The translations under genes and the position numbers were made by a program. A stretch of 64,000 nt of DNA from Candidatus Uhrbacteria bacterium (GTDB lineage: Bacteria; Patescibacteriota; Patescibacteriia; JACPHY01). Under the pieces are notes generated by a model, which saw nothing but the letters and a program-made list of their open reading frames with translations, searched no databases and had not been told where the DNA came from. The DNA is taken from contig JACPHY010000003.1 of the NCBI GenBank assembly GCA_016188355.1, forward strand, positions 8,170 to 72,169. Direction: 5' to 3'. Position 1 is the stretch's first letter; each line of letters starts with the position of its first letter. This document shows, in pieces, positions 1 through 9,940 of the stretch.

Positions 1-567
1 ATCGTTCTCCCAGAGCACCGTCGCAAGACGCAGCCCGAATCGTTCTGCGATGGTGGATGGCGTGTCGCCAGACTCCACCACGTACATGGTCACCCCACCC
101 TGCGCACGCTCTTCGAGCGCCGTGTCGGTCAGAATGGGCTGCACCACCGCAAATCCATTCGTCGCCACCTCGGACGCAGTCATTTCTGCGGCAAGCACCG
201 TCGGGGGCATGGCCGCGCTCACGCTAGCCGCACGGAATGCGGGGCGCTCCACGTGGAATGCCGGACCGGCAATGGTTTCCTCCACGCCGTCATCTCCCTC
301 CTCGCTAGTGACGAACATGGCGAGCAGCGGTCCCCGACCCATGAATCCGCCATACTCTCGCGCATGGAGAGTCTGCGCCGCCATGCCGAGCACCACGATA
401 ATAAAAATGGCATGCACCGCAGCACGGCTGGTGAGCAATGCAATCAGCCAGGAAAAACCTCGGAGCTGTGCGCGTGCAGCACACCGACGGAACACCCACC
501 ATGCACGGAATGCAGGGAGCAGGGCGCGCGCGCCGGAGTGTCCTGCTGTTTTCCCAAATCCCACCAT
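1..567 (-). CDS. LysM peptidoglycan-binding protein, 3' end truncated by window edge; start may lie further upstream (~740)
   Basis: Manual minus-strand translation ends ...GGVTMYVVESGDTPSTIAERFGLRLATVLWEND, a typical LysM motif (YxVxxGDT..IA.rfg), preceded by a hydrophobic segment. Not in the ORF track because it has no stop in the window. Confidence 0.8.
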   Translation of the reverse strand, partial: MVGFGKTAGHSGARALLPAFRAWWVFRRCAARAQLRGFSWLIALLTSRAAVHAIFIIVVLGMAAQTLHAREYGGFMGRGPLLAMFVTSEEGDDGVEETIAGPAFHVERPAFRAASVSAAMPPTVLAAEMTASEVATNGFAVVQPILTDTALEERAQGGVTMYVVESGDTPSTIAERFGLRLATVLWEND

Positions 568-910
568 GCCATGACCAAACGCCCGGAACCCACGTCCGAG
601 CGCTAAAAGCGCCCGAATCACGGAGATTCCAAGCGCAACTGCCGTCTTCTTGAGTGATCGTGCGATAGCTACCCCAGCACCCCCGCGGCGCCCTCCCGAA
701 CGCCCCTCGGGGGGATAAGCCCAACATGCGGTCTCCCGAAACAACCTTTTCTTTATGTTGAGCGGAGAATATCCCCTGTGGACAGCAAATCCAGAAAAGA
801 AAAAACCTGGAGTACACGTCGACCGTGCGGATCCAGGACTGCCAGTACTATATCACAGGATTCCCCTCCGGTCAACCGCCTGTCAAACCAATCATGGGTG
901 ATACACAAAA

Positions 911-1552
911 CTATTTCACGGCCCTCATGCCAGGTAATGACACAAATGAATCGCAGAACGAACGCCGATGGAGTGGTGTTAATCCGTGCTGCAGAATCGC
1001 TGCGCGGTGCACGGCAGTCGCGTATCCCTTATGGATTGCGAATCCATACGCGGGATATTGCTCGTGGAGTTCGCACATGAGTCGATCGCGGGCGACTTTT
1101 GCGACGATGGATGCCGCGGCAATCGATTTCACGAGCGCGTCGCCGCGAATGATGCCGCGTTGGGGAATCGGCAAATCCGGGAGCGTCCATGCATCAATGA
1201 GCGCATAGGCGGATCCTGTGGCATAGCCTGCATCCAGGAATGCGGTGATGGCGCGCCGCATTGCGAGATAGGTGGCCTGGCGAATATGGAGTCGGTCGAT
1301 TTCTTCGACGCTCGCGGCGCCAATCGTCCATCGGTATCCTCGCTCGGCAAAGACCGCGGCGAGACGCTCGCGCTGCTTCGGGGAGAGCAGCTTCGAATCA
1401 CGCACCTCTGGCAGACGTGACTGCAGGGGAAGATGCATCGCCGCGGTGACCACCGGACCCGCGAGACACCCGCATCCCACTTCATCCACGCCAACAGGAA
1501 AATACCCGTCACGCAGTAACGCGCGCTCGTGGTGGAACGTGGGGAGTATCAT
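911..1552 (-). CDS. rnhB: ribonuclease HII
   Basis: VGVDEVGCGCLAGPVV, DSKLL, GDA..SIAAASIVAKV.RD, HKGY, HRRSF motifs; start taken at MILPTF. Confidence 0.95.
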   Translation of the reverse strand: MILPTFHHERALLRDGYFPVGVDEVGCGCLAGPVVTAAMHLPLQSRLPEVRDSKLLSPKQRERLAAVFAERGYRWTIGAASVEEIDRLHIRQATYLAMRRAITAFLDAGYATGSAYALIDAWTLPDLPIPQRGIIRGDALVKSIAAASIVAKVARDRLMCELHEQYPAYGFAIHKGYATAVHRAAILQHGLTPLHRRSFCDSFVSLPGMRAVK

Positions 1553-1694
1553 GCATCCCCATCGTACCGCACCAACAAATGAAAACCGCCGCACCCGAGG
1601 AGTGCAGCGGCGAATATATCCACACGACTCGATGGAATCATCATCTCCGAAAACACCACGTATTCAGGATCCGGCAGCGTGCTCCGTTGCCGCC

Positions 1695-2129
1695 TTACTC
1701 GCCGGACGCACTCCCATCGTCCGGACAAGCATGCAGATGGCTCCATCCCGGCGGCTGCAGCGCGCCCGTACCATGCTGCGGCGGTGGATCGACCGCGACC
1801 GCCAGGAGGCGATCGTCCACATGCCCAGTGAGGATCGCCGCCAACTGCGCACGTGCGGACGCAAGTTCTTCCGCCTGCCAGCACAGTACGGAGAGGAGTG
1901 CCGTGGGAAACGCGTCGATGAGCGAAAGCAGCTCCTCAGCGGTGTGGATGTTGCACTCCGCGTCGAGCCATCGGAACAAGAGCGGAGACAATTCGAGCAC
2001 CCACTCACTCGTGGACTGCGGTACCTGTACCCGCCTCGGCATCAACGCTGCACCAAAATCACCGGGACGCAGCGGGTGTGGATTGGTTCCAGATTCCAAT
2101 CGCACCATGCAATCAACCTCCTGCCGCAC
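1695..2129 (-). CDS. hypothetical protein
   Basis: 144 aa ORF with protein-like composition filling the rnhB-hppA gap. Confidence 0.55.
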   Translation of the reverse strand: MRQEVDCMVRLESGTNPHPLRPGDFGAALMPRRVQVPQSTSEWVLELSPLLFRWLDAECNIHTAEELLSLIDAFPTALLSVLCWQAEELASARAQLAAILTGHVDDRLLAVAVDPPPQHGTGALQPPGWSHLHACPDDGSASGE

Positions 2130-2299
2130 GAAGGACCTCTACGGCACGGCGAGCGTACCCGCGATCGCTCATTTTGTCAACCGCTTGACCGGCGCATCGC
2201 AGTTGCCCACAATAAAGCTACACGTCCCCGCGTACCTCCTGATGGTACGCGTTTTCTCATGGGACCACGGACCAGCCGTGTCATCCGCTGGTCATCACT

Positions 2300-4321
2300 A
2301 TGATCTCCATACTCACCTTTGCGCTCCTCACCGCGCTCGCAGCGATTGCGTACGGCGGCATCCTCACCGCCCAAATCCTGAAGCTCCCCGCGGGTGAAGG
2401 GAAGATGGTTGGCATCGCACATGCGATCCAGGAAGGTGCGCGCGCATTCCTGAAGCGTCAGTACATCTCCGTCGCATGGATCGGCGCGCTCCTCTTCCTC
2501 GTCATTGGACTGCTCCCGAGCCTCGGATGGAACGTCGCGATCGGATTCCTCGTGGGCGCCGTGCTCTCCGCAGCTGCCGGCATCATCGGCATGATGGTCG
2601 CGGTTCGCGCAAACGTGCGCACGGCAGAAGCCGCAAAGTTGGGGCTCCCCCAGGCACTCGACGTTGCCGTGAAAGGCGGCGCCGTGACCGGCATGCTCGT
2701 CGTCGGTCTCGCGCTCCTCGGTGTTGTTGCCGTGTTCTGGATGGGCGGCGCGAATGGTGACGCGCTCCACATGCTCGTCGGTCTCGGCTTCGGCGGTTCA
2801 CTCATCTCGGTCTTCGCCCGACTAGGTGGCGGCATCTACACGAAGGCCGCAGACGTCGGCGCCGATCTCGTCGGCAAAGTAGAGGCGGGCATTCCAGAAG
2901 ATGATCCTCGCAACCCGGCAGTCATCGCAGATAACGTGGGAGATAATGTGGGCGACGATGCGGGCATGGCTGCGGATCTCTTTGAAACGTACGCAGTCAC
3001 CACAGTCGCGACCATGCTCCTCGGCGCACTCATCGGCGGCGCGGACTCCGCGGCCGTACTCTACCCGCTCCTCATCGGTGGCATTGGCATCATCGCTTCC
3101 ATTCTCGGTACCTTTGCGATTCGTCTCGGCAAGGGTTCCACGCAAATCATGGCCGCGCTCTATAAAGGACTTGCCACATCCGGTGTGCTTGCCGCGATTG
3201 GCATCGTCGTCATTCCCGGACTCTTCACCATCGGCAATGCGTCCTTCAACGTGCGTTCCGCGGCACTCTTCGGCCCTGCACTCATCGGTCTCGCCGTGAC
3301 CGCGCTCCTCGTGCTCATCACGGAGTACTACACCTCGACCGGATTCGCCCCGGTCCGCTCTATCGCGCAAGCATCGGAAACGGGTCATGGCACGAACGTG
3401 ATTCAAGGACTCGCGGTGGGCCTCCGCTCGACCGCGCTCCCCGTGCTCGTCATCGCCGCCGCCATCGGCTGCTCGTATGCGCTCGGCGGTCTCTATGGCA
3501 TTGGCATTGCGGCTATGGCCATGCTCTCGCTCGCGGGCATCATCGTGACGATCGATGCATACGGTCCCATCACTGACAACGCCGGCGGCATTGCGGAAAT
3601 GGCCGGACTTCCGGACTCCGTGCGCGCGATCACCGATCCGCTCGACGCAGTCGGCAACACGACCAAAGCGGTCACCAAGGGCTACGCGATTGGCTCCGCG
3701 GGACTCGCCGCGCTCGTGCTCTTCGCGGATTACACGCACGCCCTCGCAAGTCGCGGCCTCTCGGTGGAGTTCCGCCTCGATGATCCGAAGGTGCTCATCG
3801 GACTCCTCATTGGTGGCGTCCTCCCGCATCTCTTTGGCGCGCGCGCCATGGAAGCGGTACGCAAGGCGGCGAGCAGCGTGGTGGAAGAAGTGCGCCGACA
3901 GTTCAAGGAAATCCCCGGCATCATGGAGGGGACCAGCAAGCCCGACTACGGTCGCTGCGTCGATATTGTGACGAAGGCTGCCATCCGGGAGATGATCATC
4001 CCTGCGCTCCTCCCTGTGGTCGCACCGATCCTGGTCGGCCTATTCCTCGGCGCACAGGCGCTCGGCGGTCTCCTCGTCGGCGTGCTCATCTCAGGACTCT
4101 TCATGGCGATCGCCATGACGACCGGCGGAGCGGCATGGGACAACGCGAAAAAGTACATCGAAGCGGGCAATCATGGCGGGAAAAAGTCACCCGCACATCA
4201 GGCGGCTGTCACCGGCGACACGGTCGGCGATCCATACAAGGACACCGCCGGACCCGCGATCAATCCGATGATCAAAATCGTGAACATCGTAGCGCTGCTC
4301 ATTGTGGGACTGCTCGCGTGA
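2300..4321 (+). CDS. hppA: membrane-bound H+-translocating pyrophosphatase, K+-independent type
   Basis: [43 protein letters not shown] signature; GNTTKA carries the Lys diagnostic of K+-independent enzymes; many TM helices. Confidence 0.97.
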   Translation: MISILTFALLTALAAIAYGGILTAQILKLPAGEGKMVGIAHAIQEGARAFLKRQYISVAWIGALLFLVIGLLPSLGWNVAIGFLVGAVLSAAAGIIGMMVAVRANVRTAEAAKLGLPQALDVAVKGGAVTGMLVVGLALLGVVAVFWMGGANGDALHMLVGLGFGGSLISVFARLGGGIYTKAADVGADLVGKVEAGIPEDDPRNPAVIADNVGDNVGDDAGMAADLFETYAVTTVATMLLGALIGGADSAAVLYPLLIGGIGIIASILGTFAIRLGKGSTQIMAALYKGLATSGVLAAIGIVVIPGLFTIGNASFNVRSAALFGPALIGLAVTALLVLITEYYTSTGFAPVRSIAQASETGHGTNVIQGLAVGLRSTALPVLVIAAAIGCSYALGGLYGIGIAAMAMLSLAGIIVTIDAYGPITDNAGGIAEMAGLPDSVRAITDPLDAVGNTTKAVTKGYAIGSAGLAALVLFADYTHALASRGLSVEFRLDDPKVLIGLLIGGVLPHLFGARAMEAVRKAASSVVEEVRRQFKEIPGIMEGTSKPDYGRCVDIVTKAAIREMIIPALLPVVAPILVGLFLGAQALGGLLVGVLISGLFMAIAMTTGGAAWDNAKKYIEAGNHGGKKSPAHQAAVTGDTVGDPYKDTAGPAINPMIKIVNIVALLIVGLLA

Positions 4322-4340
4322 GCCTCGCGCCGCGGTACGC

Positions 4341-4398
4341 AATACCCTTGCCCATGTGGGCAGGGGTATTGACATACATGCCTCGCCTGCGGTTCCAT
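4341..4398 (+). promoter_or_regulatory. hppA terminator-like hairpin overlapping a candidate sigma70 promoter for array 1
   Basis: AATACCCTTGCCC-ATGT-GGGCAGGGGTATT hairpin; TTGACA at 4369-4374; only a weak -10 (TTCCAT, 18-nt spacer). Confidence 0.45.
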
Positions 4399-4400
4399 GG

Positions 4401-4931
4401 TTGCGCGGCGCCGCAGGGCTGTGCAGTACATCGCATCGTGATGCCGTGCTCCGCAGGGCAGCACGGAGCGCCGGGCCGAGTACCCAATCTCGGTACATTC
4501 GTCCTTTCCTTCTTCCCCCATCACCTGCGCACTGCCCGGCAACGCATCGCAATGCCTCGTGCCGCACGGCGCAGCTTCGACTCGCGCATGCCAACCGCGA
4601 GCAATGGGACACATGCGTCTCTCGTCCTCCACCTCCCACCGCGCAGCGCACCGCAGCGCACCGCGTAGCCCAGCAAGACTCGTCCCGGCAGCAAATCGAG
4701 TCCAATCTCGATGCATCCGCCTGCCACCGATCACCGCCGCGCAGCAGTGCATCGCGTCGCGGCGTACTGCTATGCGCCTCAGAGCGTCGCTCCGGATGGG
4801 GACCATCCCCATCCCCCCTCCCCCTGCACTCATATCCATTGATAGCGGCGCCGTAGTGCTACGCACCGCAGCGCATCGTGATGCAGCGCACCGCACCCGG
4901 CCGGGTACCCAACCCCGGCCGTTTCATTTTC
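4401..4931 (+). ncRNA. pentamer-periodic guide-like RNA array 1 (5 units)
   Basis: Units at 4401-4494, 4526-4601, 4640-4712, 4736-4814 and 4845-4921. Each is (YGC-NN)n followed by a 6-8 bp hairpin (loops TACCCAAT, CATGCCAAC, TCCAAT, ACCAT, TACCCAAC). The last hairpin is followed by TTTCATTTT. Confidence 0.8.
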
Positions 4932-4943
4932 TCGCCATACCAC

Positions 4944-4972
4944 TTGACGACACTCCACCATCCCGGTATCGT
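4944..4972 (+). promoter_or_regulatory. sigma70-like promoter upstream of array 2
   Basis: TTGACG-17 nt-TATCGT. Confidence 0.6.
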
Positions 4973-4979
4973 CGCTGCG

Positions 4980-5072
4980 ATGTCGAATCCTTCCCAATCC
5001 ACTCGCCCACTGCCCATGTGCTCCCTCCTCCTGGTGGACGACGATATCCTCACGATGGAATCCTACTGCTGA
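4980..5072 (+). pseudogene. 30-aa mini-ORF resembling the start of a response-regulator receiver domain
   Basis: MSNPSQSTRPLPMCSLLLVDDDILTMESYC*; LLLVDDD matches receiver beta1; the stop codon lies inside the first pentamers of unit 6. Confidence 0.4.
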
Positions 5073-5719
5073 GCAACGTGCAGTTCTGCTAGGCATCGCC
5101 CAGCAATGTAGCGCGTTGCCCGGTCCGGAGTTCGGTCGAATCCGAACCCTCCAGATCCTCCACGCGCCATCGCCCTGCCCTGCGCAGCCGGGTATCGCGC
5201 TGCTACGCAGCGCGCCGCGAAGCGCGGTAGCGTTGTGAATCGGGCCACATCCCGATTACGTATTCCTGCGCACCACGATCTCATCGTCGCCAGGCTACGC
5301 AGTGCTCTGCTGCGCTCGGCAATGCTTCGGGTGGGACTCCATTCTCATCACGTCTGTATACATGGTGGCCGTTGCATGCCCAGCTTCGCCCAGCTACGCA
5401 ATGCACCGCGCAGCACTGCGCTGCCCTGTCGAGCAACGCATCGCGGCGGGTGAGGCCCCATCCTCACCAACCACTACTTCCACCCGCATCGCCACTCTCG
5501 CACTGTTCCTTGTTTCTTGTTCTCTTGCGCCGCGTCATGCGGCAATGCAACGCACAGTTCTGCTTCGCGGTGTTTTGTCGCGGGTGGGGCCCCATCCTCA
5601 TCACTGATCCCGTATATACCCATTGCTCACTCAGTGTCGCAGTGCTGCGCCCAGCAACGCAGCGCACGGTTGCGCTACGCACCGCTCCGGACCAGGTCCA
5701 TCCCTGGTCCGTTTTCTTT
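5065..5719 (+). ncRNA. pentamer-periodic guide-like RNA array 2 (6 units)
   Basis: Units at 5065-5147, 5169-5257, 5286-5349, 5375-5468, 5524-5602 and 5631-5711; loops TCGAAT, CCACAT, CTCCAT, CCCCAT, CCCCAT, TCCATC; last hairpin followed by TTTTCTTT. Confidence 0.82.
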
Positions 5720-5755
5720 GCCATGACACACGGAAATACTGCGTGCGCCCATCAC

Positions 5756-5783
5756 TTGACAGCACCTCGCGATTTGTTAAGGT
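5756..5783 (+). promoter_or_regulatory. sigma70-like promoter for the two RAMP-like genes
   Basis: TTGACA-16 nt-TAAGGT with an upstream TG; RBS AAGGAG at 5881. Confidence 0.5.
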
Positions 5784-5895
5784 GCCGATCGTCTCTGCGC
5801 CGCATGAGCGACCGCAAGAGGCGACCGCGCCTTCACAATCACAACAAAAACCTCTCAACCGAGTAGAGGGAAGAAGGCGCAAGGAGTGAGTATTC

Positions 5896-6792
5896 ATGGC
5901 ACGAAGGAAGAATACCGGCACATCCGGATCCCCAGACCCCGATGCCCCAGCGAGCACAGTGCAGGTGGGGAGCAGAAAGAAGACCCGGCCGCGTCAGACG
6001 GATGGCGCGAACGACAACAGTGGTCATGCGGCGGTGACCGCGGAGAGCGAGTTCGACGAGGAAGCGTTCCGGAAGGTCGTTGCCTTCCAGGTGACCTGCG
6101 TCGGCATCTCGCCCATCCTCATGGCGGCCGCGGATGAACGGAAGACGCTCGAGATTGATGGTGGCATCTCCGAGGATGACAAGGCGGAGAAAGGATCAAG
6201 CGTCGAGGCAATTCGCGAGCATGCACGAAAGTACGTCATGCCGCGGAAACTCTATCGCGATGCCGCGGGCCGCGTCGGTATCCCGGCAGAGAACTTCCTC
6301 GAGGCCCTCATGCAGGCCGGCGTGAAGATCAAGCACGACAAGAAACAGCTCACCACCGGCAAGCACTCATACGTGCCATCACTCCTCGACATCGTCGAGG
6401 ACTTCCTCCTCTTCCCGGAGTCCTGCCAGGATCAGCCGGACGGCACCCCGGGATGGGTCGAGGACTATGATCACGGCTGGGGCAAAACCGGTACGTTCGT
6501 CGCGATCAAGCGTCCGAAGTTCGAAGTCGGCAGCTGGGGATTCCGTGCGACGCTCATGTTCAACCCCTCCGAGATCCCCCCGAAGGTGGTCCGACAGCTC
6601 GTCGCGATCGCCGGACGATTCGTCGGACTCGGCGGACATCGCCCCGGCAAGCGCGGCCGATTCGGCAAGTTCGTGATCGGCGACTGGCAGCAGCTCGCCG
6701 TAGCACCGGCACTCAACGATCGCATCGACGTACAGAAGTTCGTGAAGGACGCGCGATGGCCCGAACCGATGCCCGCAGCCGCGTCGACCTGA
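5896..6792 (+). CDS. RAMP/Cas7-like RNA-binding protein A (Vipr-like)
   Basis: FQVTCVGISPILM (RAMP beta1), GRVGIPAENFLEAL (equivalent to P.IPgsslkG.l), RPKF..WGFRATL, and a C-terminal Gly-rich loop VGLGGHRPGKRGRFGKF; flanked by the periodic arrays. Confidence 0.75.
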   Translation: MARRKNTGTSGSPDPDAPASTVQVGSRKKTRPRQTDGANDNSGHAAVTAESEFDEEAFRKVVAFQVTCVGISPILMAAADERKTLEIDGGISEDDKAEKGSSVEAIREHARKYVMPRKLYRDAAGRVGIPAENFLEALMQAGVKIKHDKKQLTTGKHSYVPSLLDIVEDFLLFPESCQDQPDGTPGWVEDYDHGWGKTGTFVAIKRPKFEVGSWGFRATLMFNPSEIPPKVVRQLVAIAGRFVGLGGHRPGKRGRFGKFVIGDWQQLAVAPALNDRIDVQKFVKDARWPEPMPAAAST

Positions 6793-7637
6793 GTCCGCAA
6801 ACGCGCAAGGACACTTGGACGCTCCGTCCGGAAATCCTTGCGGCGGCACGACGCGCACAGGAGGAAATCCTCCCCGCGTTTTGCACCATTACATGCACGG
6901 GCACCTCGCCGCTGCTCCTCAATCAGACCACGGAGGAGCAGACGCTCCGCATCGATGGCGGCATGCGCGGCCCGCGGTTTCCGAAACCGCCGAATGCCAT
7001 CGCGCACGTGGCCAATCTTGCGCGGCGACGACAACGCGGTGATCCATCAGCGCAGGAGGAGCGTGCCGCACCGGAGGAGTGGGCTGCCTTCCATGCGTGG
7101 GAACGCCAATGCTACCGCGATCTCGTGGCAGCGCCAGGAATTCCGCGCATGGCAGACGGCTCCCCGTTCATTCCGGCACGCTACCTGGAGGAATGCCTCG
7201 TGCGTGCGGGACGGTATCTGGAGCATCCGCGGCTCGGCATACTCACGGACCCGGAGCCGAACGGCGGCAGCCTCGTTCCCGCACTCCTGGAGATCGTGGA
7301 ACAGGAACTGCCACTCCCGAACGATCAATGGGAACTCGATCTCCGACCGGGATGGAAGCATGGCGAAACAAATCCGGATCTCCGGAAATCGATCGCCCGC
7401 GCCAAGTACCGCGTCTGGGGATTCACGGTGACCCTGGCCTGCCATCCGACCCTCACGCCCGGTCCGTTCCTCGAGGAGCTGCTCACCATTGCGGGCGCGC
7501 GGATTGGTGTCGGTAGTTTCCGCCGTGACCCACGGAAGGGACATACGGAGCTCCGCGCGGTGTTCGGTCGATTCCGACCGACGCAGTGCGTCATGCAGAC
7601 AATCAACGCGCTGCCGCCCGAGGAGGCGGAGGCGTAA
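6756..7637 (+). CDS. RAMP/Cas7-like protein B, paralog of A; exact start uncertain
   Basis: CTITCTGTSPLLL, GSPFIPARYLEECL, RAKY..WGFTVTL and IGVGSFRR...FGRF align motif by motif with protein A. Confidence 0.72.
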   Translation: MARTDARSRVDLSPQTRKDTWTLRPEILAAARRAQEEILPAFCTITCTGTSPLLLNQTTEEQTLRIDGGMRGPRFPKPPNAIAHVANLARRRQRGDPSAQEERAAPEEWAAFHAWERQCYRDLVAAPGIPRMADGSPFIPARYLEECLVRAGRYLEHPRLGILTDPEPNGGSLVPALLEIVEQELPLPNDQWELDLRPGWKHGETNPDLRKSIARAKYRVWGFTVTLACHPTLTPGPFLEELLTIAGARIGVGSFRRDPRKGHTELRAVFGRFRPTQCVMQTINALPPEEAEA

Positions 7638-7658
7638 CGAGTATCGATTCCTACGACG

Positions 7659-7945
7659 CGCGCAACGCACTGCAGTGCAACGTTGGGCAACGCACATCTC
7701 CGGGCGGGGCCCCATCCCCGCCCGTTTTCACTCACCACGCGTTCTCTTCGACTGCGGCAGCGCATCGCGCCGCGCCGCAGCGTGCGGTAATGCCGCGTTC
7801 CGAACGGAGCCCAATCTCCGTTCTCGCTTTTGCCCGCCCTCCGCACACTTACGCCCATATGTCGCCTGCGCCGCTGCGCATTGCAATGCAGCGTGTGGCA
7901 AAGCTACGCATTGGATCGGGAACCCTATCCCGATCCTTTTCTTTT
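7659..7945 (+). ncRNA. pentamer-periodic guide-like RNA array 3 (3 units)
   Basis: Units at 7659-7724, 7754-7823 and 7865-7936; loops CCCCAT, CCCAAT, ACCCTA; ends with TTTTCTTTT. Confidence 0.8.
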
Positions 7946-7969
7946 GCGCATGCGATCGCACGCGCCACA

Positions 7970-7998
7970 TTGACGAAGTCATGCGATTCTGCCAATAT
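7970..7998 (+). promoter_or_regulatory. sigma70-like promoter for the helicase
   Basis: TTGACG-17 nt-CAATAT; RBS AAGGAGGAG at 8032-8040. Confidence 0.45.
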
Positions 7999-8048
7999 CT
8001 CCCTGTTCGATACGATCGTTCCCAATTACCGAAGGAGGAGCATGAGCC

Positions 8049-9926
8049 ATGCGCGTCACGCTCACCGACTGTCTTGCCCAGTTTCCGCATCGCGCCATTC
8101 GCCCGGAGCAACAGGAACTCCTCGCCGCAATCACCGCAACTCCGGAGAGCATCACCATTGAGGGACCGACGGGCCTCGGAAAAACGGATGTGGCGATGTC
8201 CGTGCTCCGCGCGCGAGCGGCGACAGTGGCACAGGAACTTCGCGATCGCCAAGCGACCAATCCCGCCGCACGACCGCACCCGCGATGGTACTGCACGCCG
8301 ACGAAGAACGAGGTGGAACAAATCCAGCATCGATTCCCAGAGGTGCGCGTCATCTATGGGCGCAATGAGTATCCCTGCGCGTACTACCATGCGCGCGGCA
8401 TGCCGCTTGCCGCGGACGCCGTGCCATGCGCGACGCTCCGGAAGCAGCACTGCTGCCCGCATGCCATCGTGCCAGAGACCGGTCTCCCGGAAGATCCGCA
8501 CGCCGAGCCCTGTGCGTACCTCGCGGCGAAACATGCAGCGAAATCCGGAGGCATCGTCGTGACGACCACCGCATTTTTCCTCACGAGCTCGCTGCTCGCG
8601 CGCGATTGGGAAACGCCGGATACGGTCGTCATGGACGAAGCGGACCAACTCGCGGACATCGCGAGCCAACTCTTTGCGACGCACATTACCGATTCCGCGC
8701 TGCTCCAAATCTTGGCGCTCCTAGAACGCATCAACGACGCGCATCACGCGGATCTCTTCCGCACGTTCCTCGACATACTCCAACGGCACACGAGTCGTAC
8801 CCCTGGGGAATCGAAAATCCTCGAACCCACGCAGACCATCGCCCTGATCCAGCTCCTCGAACGTGCGCATTATCCGCATCTCCATGAACGCATCCAAACC
8901 GCGATGCGATCCGGGGTCTTGGATCCCGTGCAACAGCAATCGGAGCTCCGCATCCTCGAGGACCTCACGCGGAACATTCTCCGTTACCTTCGCCATCTCC
9001 GCTTCGCCGTAGGCGACGCCGATCGCGGGCCGCGCAATCTTGCCTTCGCGTATGCGGTACGAGAACGCGCGGACGGCACCATGGTCTGCCGCCTCGTCAT
9101 TGAGCCGTACCTGGTGAATGGACTCATCCGCGCGGCGGTTGGCGACCATGTCCTCGCCATGTCCGCCACCATTGGCGATGGGACGTACTTCGGATACGAA
9201 ACCGGACTCACCGCGCCGGTGTACCGAGTCGCGCGGTCCCCGTTTCCGATCCATCACCGACGCATCTATCTCCCCATCGATACACCCGACCTCGCCCATC
9301 GGGCACAGGAACGCAACACGCTGCGCGACGCGGTCATCCGCATTCTCGACTGCTGCGCGAAGTTCCGCGCGCGTGGCCATCGCGCACTGATCGTCACCAT
9401 GTCCAATGCGGAGCGCGATCACTTCGTGCGCCGCGCACCCGATGCGGGCCTCACTCTCATCTCGTATGGGAACGGCGTGACCGCACGTAATGCGCTCGAA
9501 CGATTTGTGCAGGGGGAAGGCGATGTGCTCGTCGGCACGTCCGCACAGTTCGCCACCGGCATTGATCTCCCGAAACAGATCGCGCCCATCATTGTGGCGC
9601 TCCGACCGAAGTATAGTAATCCGCACGATCCGCGCGCACAGTTCGAGGAATTGCAGCGCCTCTCCAAGGGCAAACGATTCGCCCGAGAACGATATCGCGC
9701 CACCAAGAATGCACTGCAGGTCTCCGGTCGCAATTGGCGCACCCCGGAGAGCGTAGGCATCACCATCTTCTACTCACGCCAATTCCGCGATCTCTTTCCG
9801 CAGGGATTACCGAGGTGGCTCGAACCCGCGTACGTCTCGACGCGTACACTCGACCAAATCGTCGAGGAGGCATGTGTCCTCCTCGACGCCGCACCCGACC
9901 TCCCGATCGCCGCCAGCAGCACCTGA
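8049..9926 (+). CDS. DinG/XPD(Rad3)-family SF2 helicase with putative Fe-S cluster
   Basis: Q-motif RPEQ, Walker A EGPTGLGKT, GRNEYPC plus a Cys cluster, DEAD, SAT, GIDLP, QVSGRNWR. Confidence 0.88.
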   Translation: MRVTLTDCLAQFPHRAIRPEQQELLAAITATPESITIEGPTGLGKTDVAMSVLRARAATVAQELRDRQATNPAARPHPRWYCTPTKNEVEQIQHRFPEVRVIYGRNEYPCAYYHARGMPLAADAVPCATLRKQHCCPHAIVPETGLPEDPHAEPCAYLAAKHAAKSGGIVVTTTAFFLTSSLLARDWETPDTVVMDEADQLADIASQLFATHITDSALLQILALLERINDAHHADLFRTFLDILQRHTSRTPGESKILEPTQTIALIQLLERAHYPHLHERIQTAMRSGVLDPVQQQSELRILEDLTRNILRYLRHLRFAVGDADRGPRNLAFAYAVRERADGTMVCRLVIEPYLVNGLIRAAVGDHVLAMSATIGDGTYFGYETGLTAPVYRVARSPFPIHHRRIYLPIDTPDLAHRAQERNTLRDAVIRILDCCAKFRARGHRALIVTMSNAERDHFVRRAPDAGLTLISYGNGVTARNALERFVQGEGDVLVGTSAQFATGIDLPKQIAPIIVALRPKYSNPHDPRAQFEELQRLSKGKRFARERYRATKNALQVSGRNWRTPESVGITIFYSRQFRDLFPQGLPRWLEPAYVSTRTLDQIVEEACVLLDAAPDLPIAASST

Positions 9927-9940
9927 CCCACCTCTCCGAC

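Noticed and set aside
4401-5719. Simple decaying microsatellite
   Set aside because: Variation is concentrated at the same two pentamer positions, tracts have bounded length and each ends in a covarying hairpin.
4135-5957. Numerous Arg/Ala/Cys-rich ORFs over arrays 1-2 (also 7489-8161 and 9734-10330)
   Set aside because: They are by-products of the GC-rich period-5 tracts: no RBS, low-complexity translations in all frames, and period 5 is incompatible with codon structure.
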